Shown here: positions 1-9,664 of the stretch, in pieces
Layout: every line of letters begins with the position of its first letter
How positions within the stretch are numbered: the first letter of the stretch is position 1
NCBI RefSeq assembly: GCF_061322215.1
Contig: NZ_CM196105.1
Strand: one strand, 5' to 3'
DNA length: 40,000 nucleotides
Notes under the pieces: generated by a model
What the model saw: only the letters and a program-made list of their open reading frames with translations
What the model was told of the DNA's origin: nothing
Databases searched by the model: none
Made by a program: the position numbers and the translations under genes

Positions 1-1134
1 TTCGTTAGGTGCATGCGCTTCAGGTTCTTTACCCGGGCCAAAGCCGATCACCGGAATGCCGTGACGGCCCATGATAGATACGCCGTTAGTTGAGAAGGTC
101 CACTTATCAACAACCGGCGCTTTGCCAAACAGCCCTTCGTAGGCATTCACCAGTGCTTTAACGGTGAAGTGATCTTCTTCCACTTTCCAGGTCGGGAAGT
201 AGCATTCGGTTGGGTAAACCAGGCCAGTCCAGGACGGACGGTCGTAGTTGTACATAGAAACAACCGCGTTAGCTTTCTGTACTGCAGGCAGGGCGCGGAT
301 TTCGTCCAGCGCGCCTTCCCAGGTTTCGCCCCAGGTCAGACGGCGGTCAATAGAGACGGCGCAGCTATCTGCTACAGCGCAACGGCTTGGGGATGTGAAG
401 AAGATTTCAGAAACGGTGAGGGTGCCTTTGCCGAGGAATTCGTCATAACCCAGACGTTGGGAGAGTTCTTGTAATTCGCCAAGAATCGGACCCATTTTGA
501 AAATGGCGTTGTCACCGCGTTCTGGTGCAGAACCGTGGCAGCTAACACCCTGAACATCAATACGAATTTCCATACGACCGCGCTGACCACGGTATACCTG
601 GCAGTCGGTTGGTTCGGTACTGACCACAAATTCCGGGCGAATGCCGGATTGTTCAATAATGTACTGCCAGCACAGGCCGTCGCAGTCTTCTTCCTGCACA
701 GTACCGGTAACCAGCAGGGTATATTCATCTTCCAGACCGAGGTCTTTAATGATTTTACCGGCATAAACCATAGATGCCATGCCGCCTTCCTGGTCGGAAG
801 TACCGCGACCACCGATCAGCTCATCAGTTTCCATGCCTTCGTACGGATCGAAGTCCCAGTTTTTGATGTTGCCAATACCGACGGTATCGATATGAGCGTC
901 CATTGCCACCAGACGCGGGCCGTGGCCGATATAACCGAGAACGTTGCCCATCGGGTCGATTTCAACTTTATCGAAGCCGACTTTTTCCATCTCTTCTTTA
1001 ATACGATGTACTACGCGTTTTTCGTCGCAGCTTTCACTGGGAATAGCAACCATGTCGCGCAGGAAGCGAGTCATGTCCGCCTGGTAATCTTTTGCTTTTT
1101 CAAGAATCAGTTTGAATGGAATATTCTTAGCCAT
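1..1134 (-). CDS. ygeY: M20-family metallopeptidase/deacylase YgeY, C-terminal end cut by the window edge (378 codons present)
   Basis: Minus-strand frame is open from the ATG (complement of 1132-1134; [15 protein letters not shown]...) to base 1. It is missing from the ORF track only because no stop lies in the window. M20-type motifs AMDAHIDTV and [10 protein letters not shown]. Lies downstream of ygeW-ygeX as in E. coli. Confidence 0.85.
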
Positions 1135-1191
1135 TATTTTTCTCCAGATTTTTTACTCCCCGTTTTGCAGGGAGCAGTTCCAATAGGGTGA

Positions 1192-2388
1192 TTAAGGTGC
1201 TACAGCGTGTTTGCCTTCCCAGACAACTTCGCGGTAGTGCTTCACGTCTGTGTCGCCTTCAGTGCTGATAACCAGCACTACGGCATCTTTGTTCAGCGCC
1301 AGTTTTTCCATCAGGCTTTGACGTTGCGGGTGATAATGAACCGCCGCGAGAACGCCCAAACCGACAGCGCCGGATTCACCGGAGATGATGCGCGGGTCGT
1401 TGCCGTACGGATTACCCAGCACGCGCATACCTAATGCGGCAACGCTGTCCTGGCAGGAGATGAATTGGGTGGCGCAGTTACGTAGGATTTCCCAGCCCAG
1501 CGGGTTAGGTTCGCCACAGGCCAGGCCCGCCATGATGGTGGCCATATCACCGCCAACGTTGACGATGTCGCCTTTGACGCCGGAGCGATAAATACAGTCA
1601 GCTTTGTCAGGTTCAACAATAATGCTGTGCAGATTTTGCGGGCTATAGACGTCGACCAGATAACCCAGCACACCACCGGCCATTGCACCGACACCGGCTT
1701 GCAGCAGAACGTGCGTCGGGGTTACGCCCATTTCACGCATTTGCTCGACGGCTTCATCTGCCAGGGTTGCGTAGCCTTGCATGATCCAGGTTGGGATTTT
1801 GGTGTAACCTTCCCATGCTGTATCCTGTACCACTTCCCAGCCGTGCTGCTGCGCGTGTTGCATGGTCAGGCGAACGGTATCGTCATAGTTCATATCCGTG
1901 ACGATGCACTCGGCACCGAGGTTCAGAATGGCGTCAACGCGTTCCTGAGCAGAACCTTTCGGCATGTAAATCACCGCATTCTGTCCGAGTTGCTGTGCTG
2001 CCCATGCCACACCGCGCCCGTGGTTGCCGTCGGTGGTGGTCGCGAAGGTCATTTTTTCGCCGATGGCATTTTTCAGATGCTCAAATGACAGCGTTTCGAT
2101 ATCAAGATGATATTTTTCACACAATAATTGAGCGATGGCGTACGCACCGCCGAGCATTTTGAAGGCGTTCAGACCGAATCGTTTTGATTCGTCTTTGACG
2201 AGAATTTTCTTCACACCAAAAAGGTTTGCGAGATCGTCCAGCGCACAAAGCGGTGTTGGGCGATAACCAGCAATTTTCTGGTGGAACTGGCGCGCCAGTT
2301 TGGCCTGGCTTTGCGAAAAGAGCGGTGATGTTTCGCCGTTGAAAAATTTGTTATCGGCGATATCAATCTTCAATGAGAAAACGGACAT
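1192..2388 (-). CDS. dpaL: PLP-dependent 2,3-diaminopropionate ammonia-lyase
   Basis: 398-aa ORF with fold-type II PLP enzyme features (KDESKRFGLNAFKMLGG, glycine-rich GVGAMAGG). Recognised as YgeX/DpaL, with matching synteny. Confidence 0.9.
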   Translation of the reverse strand: MSVFSLKIDIADNKFFNGETSPLFSQSQAKLARQFHQKIAGYRPTPLCALDDLANLFGVKKILVKDESKRFGLNAFKMLGGAYAIAQLLCEKYHLDIETLSFEHLKNAIGEKMTFATTTDGNHGRGVAWAAQQLGQNAVIYMPKGSAQERVDAILNLGAECIVTDMNYDDTVRLTMQHAQQHGWEVVQDTAWEGYTKIPTWIMQGYATLADEAVEQMREMGVTPTHVLLQAGVGAMAGGVLGYLVDVYSPQNLHSIIVEPDKADCIYRSGVKGDIVNVGGDMATIMAGLACGEPNPLGWEILRNCATQFISCQDSVAALGMRVLGNPYGNDPRIISGESGAVGLGVLAAVHYHPQRQSLMEKLALNKDAVVLVISTEGDTDVKHYREVVWEGKHAVAP

Positions 2389-2417
2389 ATCCTATCCTTT
2401 TGGCCTCTGGAAATAGA

Positions 2418-2439
2418 GGGCCGACCAGCTGATCGGCCC
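2418..2439 (-). other. GC-rich stem-loop between ygeW and dpaL (intercistronic hairpin or weak terminator)
   Basis: GGGCCGA...TCGGCCC arms around a CAGCTG core, just 3' of the ygeW stop. No clean U-tail. Confidence 0.3.
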
Positions 2440-2445
2440 GAGGGG

Positions 2446-3636
2446 TTATTTCACGCGTTCTTGCGCTTCTTTCAGCAGTTGCTCGAGCAGTGCACCTGGT
2501 TTGGCGTATTTACGGGACAGGATCATCGCGGCGATGATATAAGGCTTCCAGCTGGCTTCTTTGTAGGTAGCGATACGGTATTTTTCGAATACGCCTTCAG
2601 TCACTTCACCTTCTTTGCAGGATACACCGCTGATATCAGCTGGCAGGCAGTGCATGTACAGGGCTTCGCCATCACGGGTCAGTTCCATCATCTCTTCAGT
2701 ACAATGCCAGTCTTTGTGTTGCGCGTTCTGTGCCAGACACTGTTTTTCCAGTGCTTTTAAGCCTTCGTGATCGTTCGCACGCAGCAATTCAGTACGCTCT
2801 TCCATCACTTTGTAAGGTGCCCATGACTTCGGATAAACGATGTCTGCGTCTTTGAAGGCTTCTTCCATGCTGGTGACCTGACGGAAGCTACCGCCGGAGG
2901 CTTTAGCATTGTTTTTAGCGACTTCAACGACATCCGGGATCAGGTCGTAGCCTTCCGGATGGGCCAGGGTGACATCCATACCGAAGCGAGTCATCAGACC
3001 GATGATGCCTTGTGGTACAGAGAGCGGTTTGCCATAGCTTGGGGAGTAGGCCCAGGTCATGGCGATTTTTTTACCTTTCAGGTTTTCCAGTGAACCAAAG
3101 TGTTCACGTAACCATGCCAGGTCAGCCATTGACTGAGTCGGGTGGTCAATATCGCATTGCAGGTTCACTAAAGCCGGACGTTGCGGCAGCACACCCTGCT
3201 TGTAACCGTCATCAAGTGCAGCGCCAACTTCACGCATATAGGCGTTGCCTGCGCCCAGATACATATCGTCGCGAATACCAATAGCGTCGGCGCAGAAGGA
3301 GATCATATTGGCGGTTTCACGCACGGTTTCGCCGTGAGCGATTTGTGATTTGCCTTCGTCGAGATCTTGCTGTGCAAGGCCGAGCAGGTTAAGCGCGGAA
3401 GCATAAGAGAAGCGGGTACGGGTGGAGTTGTCGCGGAATACGGAAATACCTAATCCACTATTAAAGACTTTGGTTGAGATGTTTTCAGCACGCAGTGCTT
3501 TTAATGCTGCGGCAACGTCCAGTACTTGTTTCAGTTCATCTGGCGTCTGTTCCCACGTTAACAAAAAATCTTTCTCGTGAAGGTGAGAGGTCAGCGAATT
3601 GATATCCTTAATCAGCTCATTAACAGTTTTCATCAT
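2446..3636 (-). CDS. ygeW: Carbamoyltransferase-family protein YgeW (ATCase/OTCase fold; physiological substrate not securely known to me)
   Basis: 396-aa ORF carrying the carbamoyl-phosphate motifs STRTR (NSTRTRFSY), HPTQ and HCLP. Confidence 0.9.
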   Translation of the reverse strand: MMKTVNELIKDINSLTSHLHEKDFLLTWEQTPDELKQVLDVAAALKALRAENISTKVFNSGLGISVFRDNSTRTRFSYASALNLLGLAQQDLDEGKSQIAHGETVRETANMISFCADAIGIRDDMYLGAGNAYMREVGAALDDGYKQGVLPQRPALVNLQCDIDHPTQSMADLAWLREHFGSLENLKGKKIAMTWAYSPSYGKPLSVPQGIIGLMTRFGMDVTLAHPEGYDLIPDVVEVAKNNAKASGGSFRQVTSMEEAFKDADIVYPKSWAPYKVMEERTELLRANDHEGLKALEKQCLAQNAQHKDWHCTEEMMELTRDGEALYMHCLPADISGVSCKEGEVTEGVFEKYRIATYKEASWKPYIIAAMILSRKYAKPGALLEQLLKEAQERVK

Positions 3637-3726
3637 AAAGTCCCGGTAGTGGAATGACAGGCAAAGTGGTTTATTTCACTGTGACTTGCCAAAGTGATTG
3701 GTGTTTTCACAGCTATACCTGGGACT

Positions 3727-3743
3727 AACAATAAGTGTGCCAG
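3727..3743 (-). promoter_or_regulatory. Candidate sigma54 (-24/-12) promoter for ygeW-dpaL-ygeY
   Basis: Minus strand reads CTGGCACACTTATTGTT. TGGCAC and TTGT have the correct GG-to-G(C/T) spacing; the -12 element is GT rather than GC. It lies about 90 nt upstream of the ygeW ATG, and a sigma54 activator gene is divergent. Confidence 0.45.
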
Positions 3744-3994
3744 AATTATCCACGGGGCTGCAAAAGACTAATTTGACGGATAATGTGTGGGGTTGATCAC
3801 AAATTGATGCCAGCTTCCGGTTGTTTGTAAAATACGAAAACGTTTGGCTTTTTTTATCGCGTTATTTATTTGCTGCTAAGTATCAGAAATAAGATAAAGG
3901 GACAGGCGATCTCTCTTCAGTTTGATAAACTCACCGCCGTAATTCTCATATTGATATAGAAATGTGATATCTCTTCCATAATTTCATTAGAAAG

Positions 3995-4019
3995 TGATAA
4001 AAATCTTATGTTTTTATCA
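3995..4019. promoter_or_regulatory. Perfect 9-bp inverted repeat TGATAAAAA-N7-TTTTTATCA upstream of ygeV
   Basis: Read directly from the sequence, about 93 bp upstream of the ygeV ATG. Part of a cluster of TGATA motifs at 3881-4019. Confidence 0.35.
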
Positions 4020-4111
4020 AAGCCAATTTCGCCTGAGTTAATATCATCATGATCTATGAACCATCAACGTCTTCAATGATCGACTTTTAAGTAAGTCTGG
4101 AAGGTAAAGCT

Positions 4112-5890
4112 ATGGAGCTTGCTACTACGCAGTCAGTATTGATGCAAATTCAACCGACAATTCAGCGTTTTGCCAGAATGCTTGCCAGCGTTTTGCAGCT
4201 TGAGGTTGAGATCGTTGATGAAAACTTGTGTCGCGTCGCCGGAACGGGCGCGTATGGGAAGTTTCTTGGTCGCCAGTTGAGCGGCAACTCACGCCTGCTC
4301 CGCCACGTCCTGGAAACGAAAACTGAAAAAGTTGTGACACAGTCTCGCTTCGATCCCCTTTGTGAAGGTTGCGATAGTAAAGAAAATTGCCGCGAAAAAG
4401 CATTTCTGGGTACGCCTGTCATTTTACAGGATCGTTGTGTTGGAGTGATAAGTTTGATTGCCGTTACCCACGAGCAACAAGAGCATATTAGTGATAATTT
4501 ACGCGAATTTTCTGATTACGTTCGCCATATATCCACCATTTTTGTTTCTAAACTTCTGGAGGATCAGGGACCAGGAGATAACATCAGTAAAATATTCGCG
4601 ACCATGATCGATAATATGGATCAGGGCGTGTTAGTGGTTGATGCTGATAATCGTGTTCAATTTGTTAATCAGACAGCTTTAAAAACACTCGGTGTTGTAC
4701 AAAATAATATTATTGGAAAACCTGTTCGTTTCAGACCATTAACATTTGAGAGTAATTTTACCCATGGTCATATGCAACATATTGTTTCGTGGGATGATAA
4801 AAGTGAATTAATCATTGGTCAGTTGCATAACATCCAGGGCCGACAACTATTTTTAATGGCGTTTCACCAATCGCATACCAGTTTTTCTGTAGCAAATGCA
4901 CCTGATGAACCGCATATTGAACAATTGGTTGGCGAGTGCCGTGTTATGCGGCAATTAAAACGACTCATTAGCCGTATTGCACCCAGCCCATCCAGCGTTA
5001 TGGTGGTTGGTGAAAGCGGCACAGGTAAAGAAGTCGTCGCCCGTGCAATCCATAAGTTGAGCGGAAGACGGAATAAACCCTTTATTGCTATCAACTGTGC
5101 CGCGATTCCGGAACAGCTTCTGGAGAGCGAACTGTTCGGTTATGTTAAAGGCGCATTTACTGGCGCTTCTGCCAACGGTAAAACAGGGTTGATTCAGGCG
5201 GCGAATACGGGCACGCTGTTTCTCGATGAAATTGGTGATATGCCATTAATGTTGCAGGCTAAATTACTGCGCGCTATTGAGGCGCGTGAAATTCTGCCGA
5301 TTGGTGCCAGTAGCCCAATACAAGTCGACATCCGCATCATTTCTGCAACTAATCAGAATTTGGCCCAGTTCATTGCCGAAGGTAAATTCCGCGAAGATCT
5401 CTTCTACCGACTTAATGTTATCCCGATAACTCTTCCACCGCTGCGTGAACGTCAGGAAGATATTGAATTACTGGTGCATTACTTTTTACATCTGCATACC
5501 CGTCGTCTGGGATCGGTTTATCCTGGCATTGCTCCGGATGTCGTCGAAATATTGCGTAAGCATCGTTGGCCCGGAAACCTGCGCGAGTTAAGCAATTTGA
5601 TGGAATATCTGGTTAACGTGGTTCCTTCAGGTGAAGTTATCGACAGCACGCTATTGCCACCAAATCTGCTGAATAATGGCACAACGGAGCAAAGTGATGT
5701 AACAGAGGTCAGTGAGGCGCACCTGTCACTCGATGATGCGGGCGGCACGGCGCTGGAGGAGATGGAAAAGCAAATGATCCGCGAGGCACTTTCACGTCAT
5801 AACAGCAAGAAGGAAGTTGCTGATGAACTGGGCATCGGCATTGCTACGCTCTATCGCAAGATTAAGAAATATGAGTTGTTAAACACATAA
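4112..5890 (+). CDS. ygeV: Sigma54-dependent transcriptional activator (bEBP) YgeV
   Basis: 592-aa ORF with Walker A GESGTGKE, a GAFTGA loop (KGAFTGAS), and a C-terminal Fis-type HTH (ADELGIGIATLYRKIKKY). An N-terminal sensory region precedes the AAA+ core. Confidence 0.92.
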   Translation: MELATTQSVLMQIQPTIQRFARMLASVLQLEVEIVDENLCRVAGTGAYGKFLGRQLSGNSRLLRHVLETKTEKVVTQSRFDPLCEGCDSKENCREKAFLGTPVILQDRCVGVISLIAVTHEQQEHISDNLREFSDYVRHISTIFVSKLLEDQGPGDNISKIFATMIDNMDQGVLVVDADNRVQFVNQTALKTLGVVQNNIIGKPVRFRPLTFESNFTHGHMQHIVSWDDKSELIIGQLHNIQGRQLFLMAFHQSHTSFSVANAPDEPHIEQLVGECRVMRQLKRLISRIAPSPSSVMVVGESGTGKEVVARAIHKLSGRRNKPFIAINCAAIPEQLLESELFGYVKGAFTGASANGKTGLIQAANTGTLFLDEIGDMPLMLQAKLLRAIEAREILPIGASSPIQVDIRIISATNQNLAQFIAEGKFREDLFYRLNVIPITLPPLRERQEDIELLVHYFLHLHTRRLGSVYPGIAPDVVEILRKHRWPGNLRELSNLMEYLVNVVPSGEVIDSTLLPPNLLNNGTTEQSDVTEVSEAHLSLDDAGGTALEEMEKQMIREALSRHNSKKEVADELGIGIATLYRKIKKYELLNT

Positions 5891-5899
5891 CCTCAGTGA

Positions 5900-5923
5900 A
5901 TCCGGCCTGAATTCAGGCCGGAT
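5900..5923. terminator. Bidirectional stem-loop between convergent ygeV and xdhC
   Basis: Perfect palindrome ATCCGGCCTGAATTCAGGCCGGAT located between the two stop codons. Confidence 0.6.
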
Positions 5924-5929
5924 ATCCTT

Positions 5930-6409
5930 TTACTTCGTTTTCTCGCAATCCAGAACTGTATTTACAATCATCTGATACCCCGTGCAGCGACAAAGATTTC
6001 CCGCCAGTCCGCGACGAATTTCCGTAATGGTTAATGGCTTCTCGCGTGGTTTCGCCAGCATTGCCGTGGTAGCCATAATCAGGCCTGGCGTACAAAACCC
6101 GCACTGCACTGCGCCGGATTTCGCATAAGCCTGCTGAACATGAGAAAGTTTTCCGCCTTTCGCTTCACCTTCCAGCGTGCGGATCTCTTTTCCTTCAGCC
6201 CAGGCGGCAAGGTATAAGCAACTGTCTATTGCTGTGCCGTCGACCAGCACCGTACAGGCACCACATTCACCCACGCAGCACCCTTGTTTGACACTTAGCA
6301 GTCCTTGTTCGCGGAGTAATTCCGAGAGCGGCGTGCCTGGTGCGGCGTGAAGCTGAAAAGGCATCCCGTTAATGGTGCATTCGATGGTAATTGTTTCGCT
6401 GTGATTCAT
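5930..6409 (-). CDS. xdhC: Xanthine dehydrogenase [2Fe-2S] subunit
   Basis: 159-aa ORF with two ferredoxin-type Cys clusters ([11 protein letters not shown]; CGFCTPG...CRCTGY). Its start overlaps the xdhB stop. Confidence 0.9.
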
Positions 6410-7284
6410 TGCAATTTTCCCCCCGCCGCGGCGACGGCTTCGCTAATCACTTTTTTGGTCATCGTCTGGATGAGATGCAGACGAAACTCTTTACTGGCCC
6501 GCCATGAAGAACGCGGGGCGACATCTTGCAGGACAGATTCGCTGATAGCTTCCAGCGTTTGCAGGTTTAATGGCGCATTTTGTGCAGTCTGTTCGGCATG
6601 TTGGCAGCGAATCGGCGTTGGCGCGGCAACACCAAATGCCAGGCGTAATTCGCTGAAATTGCCGTTATCCAGTCGGCAATGTGCGGCACAGCCAATCGTT
6701 GAAATATCCATTGCGTCGCGCATGGCATATTTAAAATGCGCGCTGCCCGCGTGTTCTTTCGGCTGGGGCGGAAAATGAAAGGCGACAAGGATTTCGTCAT
6801 GCTCAAGAGACACTTTGCCCGGCTCAGTGTGAAAGCCATTAATCGGGACGAAACGAACACCGCGCGGGGAGTGAATCTCCAGTTTCGCGTCATAAATTAG
6901 CGTTGGCGTGGCAGAATCTGCGCTGGTAGCACCGTTGCAAATATTTCCACCGTAGGTAGCGACGTTACGGATCTGCGGTCCGGCAATGGATGAGGCCGCA
7001 GCACATAACGCCGGGAGATGACGTTGAGTTACAGGATCTTCAATGAGCTGGGTAAATGTCGTTGCAGAGCCGATACGTAGTGAGCCATCTTCCGCCAGCG
7101 TAATTCCCCGCAGCTCCGCCAGATTATGAATATCAACAATATGGCGATAACGGTCATTGTGATGGTGGAGCTGAATCAGTACGTCAGTGCCACCGGCGAG
7201 CAGTTTGGCCTGCGGGTTGTCAGCCAGCAGGTTGATGGCATCGGCAAGGGTTGCTGCGCGATGGTAAGAAGTAAAATCAAACAT
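6406..7284 (-). CDS. xdhB: Xanthine dehydrogenase FAD-binding subunit
   Basis: 292-aa ORF with a CO-dehydrogenase flavoprotein-type motif LLAGGTDV. Lies between xdhA and xdhC. Confidence 0.9.
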
Positions 7285-7294
7285 GATGTTATCC

Positions 7295-9592
7295 TCAAAT
7301 CAATCCTGCCAGATGGAACTCTTCATATAACCGTTTTGGCGTCAGCGGCAGTGTATTGATTGCAACACCGGTAGCCATCTTCACCGCGTTACGAATAGCA
7401 GCGGCAACAGGAATTATTGGTGGCTCACCCAGTGACTTATGTCCGTATGCGGATTGCGGCTCATTGATTTCGACGAACGCGCTTTCCAGTTGTGGCAGAT
7501 CCGGCATGGTCGGCATTTTGTAATCCAGCAGATTGGGGTTACGGACCACGCCGCTTTTCGCATCGATGATCATCTCTTCAAATAGCGCCCAGCCAATGCC
7601 CATTCCCATTCCGCCGTGTACCTGACCTTCTGCCAGCAGCGGATTTAGAATATGCCCCGAATCATGAACGTTGAGGATGCGGTTGATGGTGACTTTACAC
7701 AGCGCAATATCGACCGTCAGATCAACAAAGGTACAGCCAAACGCCGGTGGGTTAGTGGTGGTTTTGATGGAGCTTTCAGCAGAGAGCTGCCCGCCGCGTT
7801 CAGGGTGGTAGAAAGCGTCCATCGCCAAATCTTTTAACGACATTAACGGTTCTTCCGGTCGTTCAATCAGCACGATATGGCCTTTTATCAGGGTCAGATT
7901 CATCGCTGACTGATGTAGCATGACTGCGGCGTGAGCGATGATTTTCTCTTTTAATAACAGTGCCGCACTGCGCAGCGCAGGCGCGGCAACATAGCTCTGG
8001 CGTGAGGCAAATGCGCCGGGATCGAACGGCGTAACATCGGTATCTTGTGTTGAAATAACGCGAACGTCGCTGACCGGAACCCCCACGGTTTCTGCCACCA
8101 TTTGCGAGAAGACGGTGTCGGCACCCTGACCGATTTCCGTCGCGCCGCTTTGCACGTTGATGGTTCCATCCTGATTCATCAGAAGGCGCGCGCCTGCTAT
8201 TTCTACGCCGACAGGCCAGGTGTTCGAGGTGTAGCTAAAACAGGCGACGCCAACGCCGCGGCGTAAATTGCCTTTCTGGTTCTGGCACTCTGCACGGCGT
8301 TTTTCCCATTCAAAGATTTTCCGGCCTTTTTCAAGACACTCCGGCAACCCTGCGCTGTAAATACGTTTGCCCGTGAGCGGATTAGCATCTCCTTCGCGGG
8401 CGGCGTTGCGTAAACGAATTTCAACAGGATCAATACCTAACGCTGTCGCGGCGTCATCAAGCATAGACTCAACGGCAAATACGACTTGTGGCGCGCCATA
8501 ACCACGCATCGCACCAGCCGAGGGGAGGTTGGTATAGCAGGTCTTTGAACTGTAAGCGTAGGCACAACGAGGATAAAGGTAAGCGACTTTATTCCCCCCC
8601 GCAGAAGCGATGGAGTGCCCGTGAGATGCGTAAGCGCCGGTGTTAGACAGAACATCCAGACTATAACCTTTCAATGTTCCGTCGCGGTTCACGCCCATTT
8701 GCCCGTCAATAGTAAAAGCGTGGCGGGTACGGGTTGCGAGGAAACACTCTTCACGGCTAAGGGAAACTTTCACCGGAATGCCGCCAAGCTTGCTGGTCAG
8801 GAATGCCGCCATTGGCTCTTCCAGTACATCCTGTTTATTACCAAAACCGCCACCGACAAACGGTTTGATGACTCGTACGCATGACCAGGGAATATTCAGC
8901 GCCTGACCAACCACACGGCGAACAATGTGTGGGATCTGGGTGCTGGAAACGATGGTAATTCGCGAGTCATCCTCCATCCATGCCAGCGATGTCACGCTTT
9001 CCATGTGACAATGTTGAATGACCGGCGTCTGATAGTGCCCCTGTACCTGGTAGTCGGCGGCATCGATTGTTTGTTGGACATTGCCCGTCGACATCGTGCT
9101 TTGTTTTAGTAAATTGCCGCCGTTATGGATTGGTTCAGCGTCATCAGCCAGCGCCGCTTCTGGGGTGGTGATAACGGGTAATTCTTGCCACTCAATGCTG
9201 ACCAATTGCGCCGCTTTTTCTGCCGTGAGTTCATCACGGGCCACGACGATGGCAACGGCGTCACCATGGTGACGAACATGGCGAGTTAGCAGTGCGCGAT
9301 CGGCGGTATCGCGCTTGTTTTCGTCAAGTGTCCAGGCATGCCCAGCTGTAGCGAATGGGATATCAGGCACATCTTCCCAGGTAAAAATCGCCAGTACGCC
9401 CGGTAAACTTCTGGCTTGTTCATCATTAATACTTACGGCATAACCATGTGCGATAGGGCTACGTACATATTTCGCGTAACACATGCCCGCCATAACATAA
9501 TCGTCAGTATATCGTGCCCGCCCGGTGACCTTAGCAATGGCATCTACGCGCATGCATGATTCACCTGTAGCGGTTGCTTCCCGCGCTTCCAT
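7295..9592 (-). CDS. xdhA: Xanthine dehydrogenase molybdopterin-binding subunit
   Basis: 765-aa ORF of the aldehyde oxidase/xanthine dehydrogenase large-subunit family. Two plausible starts, each with an SD: ATG at 9592 (GAGGGG upstream) or ATG at 9553 (MRVDAIAKVTG..., AGGTGA upstream; this is the shorter K-12-style form as I recall). Confidence 0.9.
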   Translation of the reverse strand: MEAREATATGESCMRVDAIAKVTGRARYTDDYVMAGMCYAKYVRSPIAHGYAVSINDEQARSLPGVLAIFTWEDVPDIPFATAGHAWTLDENKRDTADRALLTRHVRHHGDAVAIVVARDELTAEKAAQLVSIEWQELPVITTPEAALADDAEPIHNGGNLLKQSTMSTGNVQQTIDAADYQVQGHYQTPVIQHCHMESVTSLAWMEDDSRITIVSSTQIPHIVRRVVGQALNIPWSCVRVIKPFVGGGFGNKQDVLEEPMAAFLTSKLGGIPVKVSLSREECFLATRTRHAFTIDGQMGVNRDGTLKGYSLDVLSNTGAYASHGHSIASAGGNKVAYLYPRCAYAYSSKTCYTNLPSAGAMRGYGAPQVVFAVESMLDDAATALGIDPVEIRLRNAAREGDANPLTGKRIYSAGLPECLEKGRKIFEWEKRRAECQNQKGNLRRGVGVACFSYTSNTWPVGVEIAGARLLMNQDGTINVQSGATEIGQGADTVFSQMVAETVGVPVSDVRVISTQDTDVTPFDPGAFASRQSYVAAPALRSAALLLKEKIIAHAAVMLHQSAMNLTLIKGHIVLIERPEEPLMSLKDLAMDAFYHPERGGQLSAESSIKTTTNPPAFGCTFVDLTVDIALCKVTINRILNVHDSGHILNPLLAEGQVHGGMGMGIGWALFEEMIIDAKSGVVRNPNLLDYKMPTMPDLPQLESAFVEINEPQSAYGHKSLGEPPIIPVAAAIRNAVKMATGVAINTLPLTPKRLYEEFHLAGLI

Positions 9593-9648
9593 AGAAATCC
9601 CCTCGATTTGAACATTTGGTTCTTATGGCAAAGATTTAGTCTAAGCAG

Positions 9649-9664
9649 GCAAGATTTACGCCAG
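9649..9664 (-). promoter_or_regulatory. Candidate sigma54 (-24/-12) promoter for xdhABC
   Basis: Minus strand reads CTGGCGTAAATCTTGC. GG and GC have canonical spacing. It lies about 57 nt upstream of the 9592 ATG. Confidence 0.45.

Noticed and set aside
169-1191. Track ORFs 169-474(+), 248-448(+), 372-812(-) and 535-1191(+, 218 aa)
   Set aside because: All lie inside or antisense to the clearly recognisable ygeY frame (minus strand, 1-1134). Their translations are low-complexity or Arg/Ala-rich shadow sequences with no SD.
1207-3284. Plus-strand and alternate-frame minus-strand ORFs within dpaL and ygeW (e.g. 1627-2088, 153 aa; 2461-2760; 3012-3284)
   Set aside because: These are antisense or off-frame shadows of well-supported genes in G+C-rich DNA, with no start-site signals.
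6347-9272. ORFs overlapping xdhC/xdhB/xdhA in other frames (6347-6778, 6567-6893, 7126-7359, 7652-9272 series)
   Set aside because: They overlap strongly supported xdh coding frames and their composition is typical of off-frame translation.
9618-9640. Plus-strand TGGCA at ttaTGGCAaagatTTAGtc as a sigma54 promoter for ygeR
   Set aside because: The -12 element is TTAG rather than TTGC, and nothing links ygeR to sigma54 control. The minus-strand candidate at 9649-9664 fits better.
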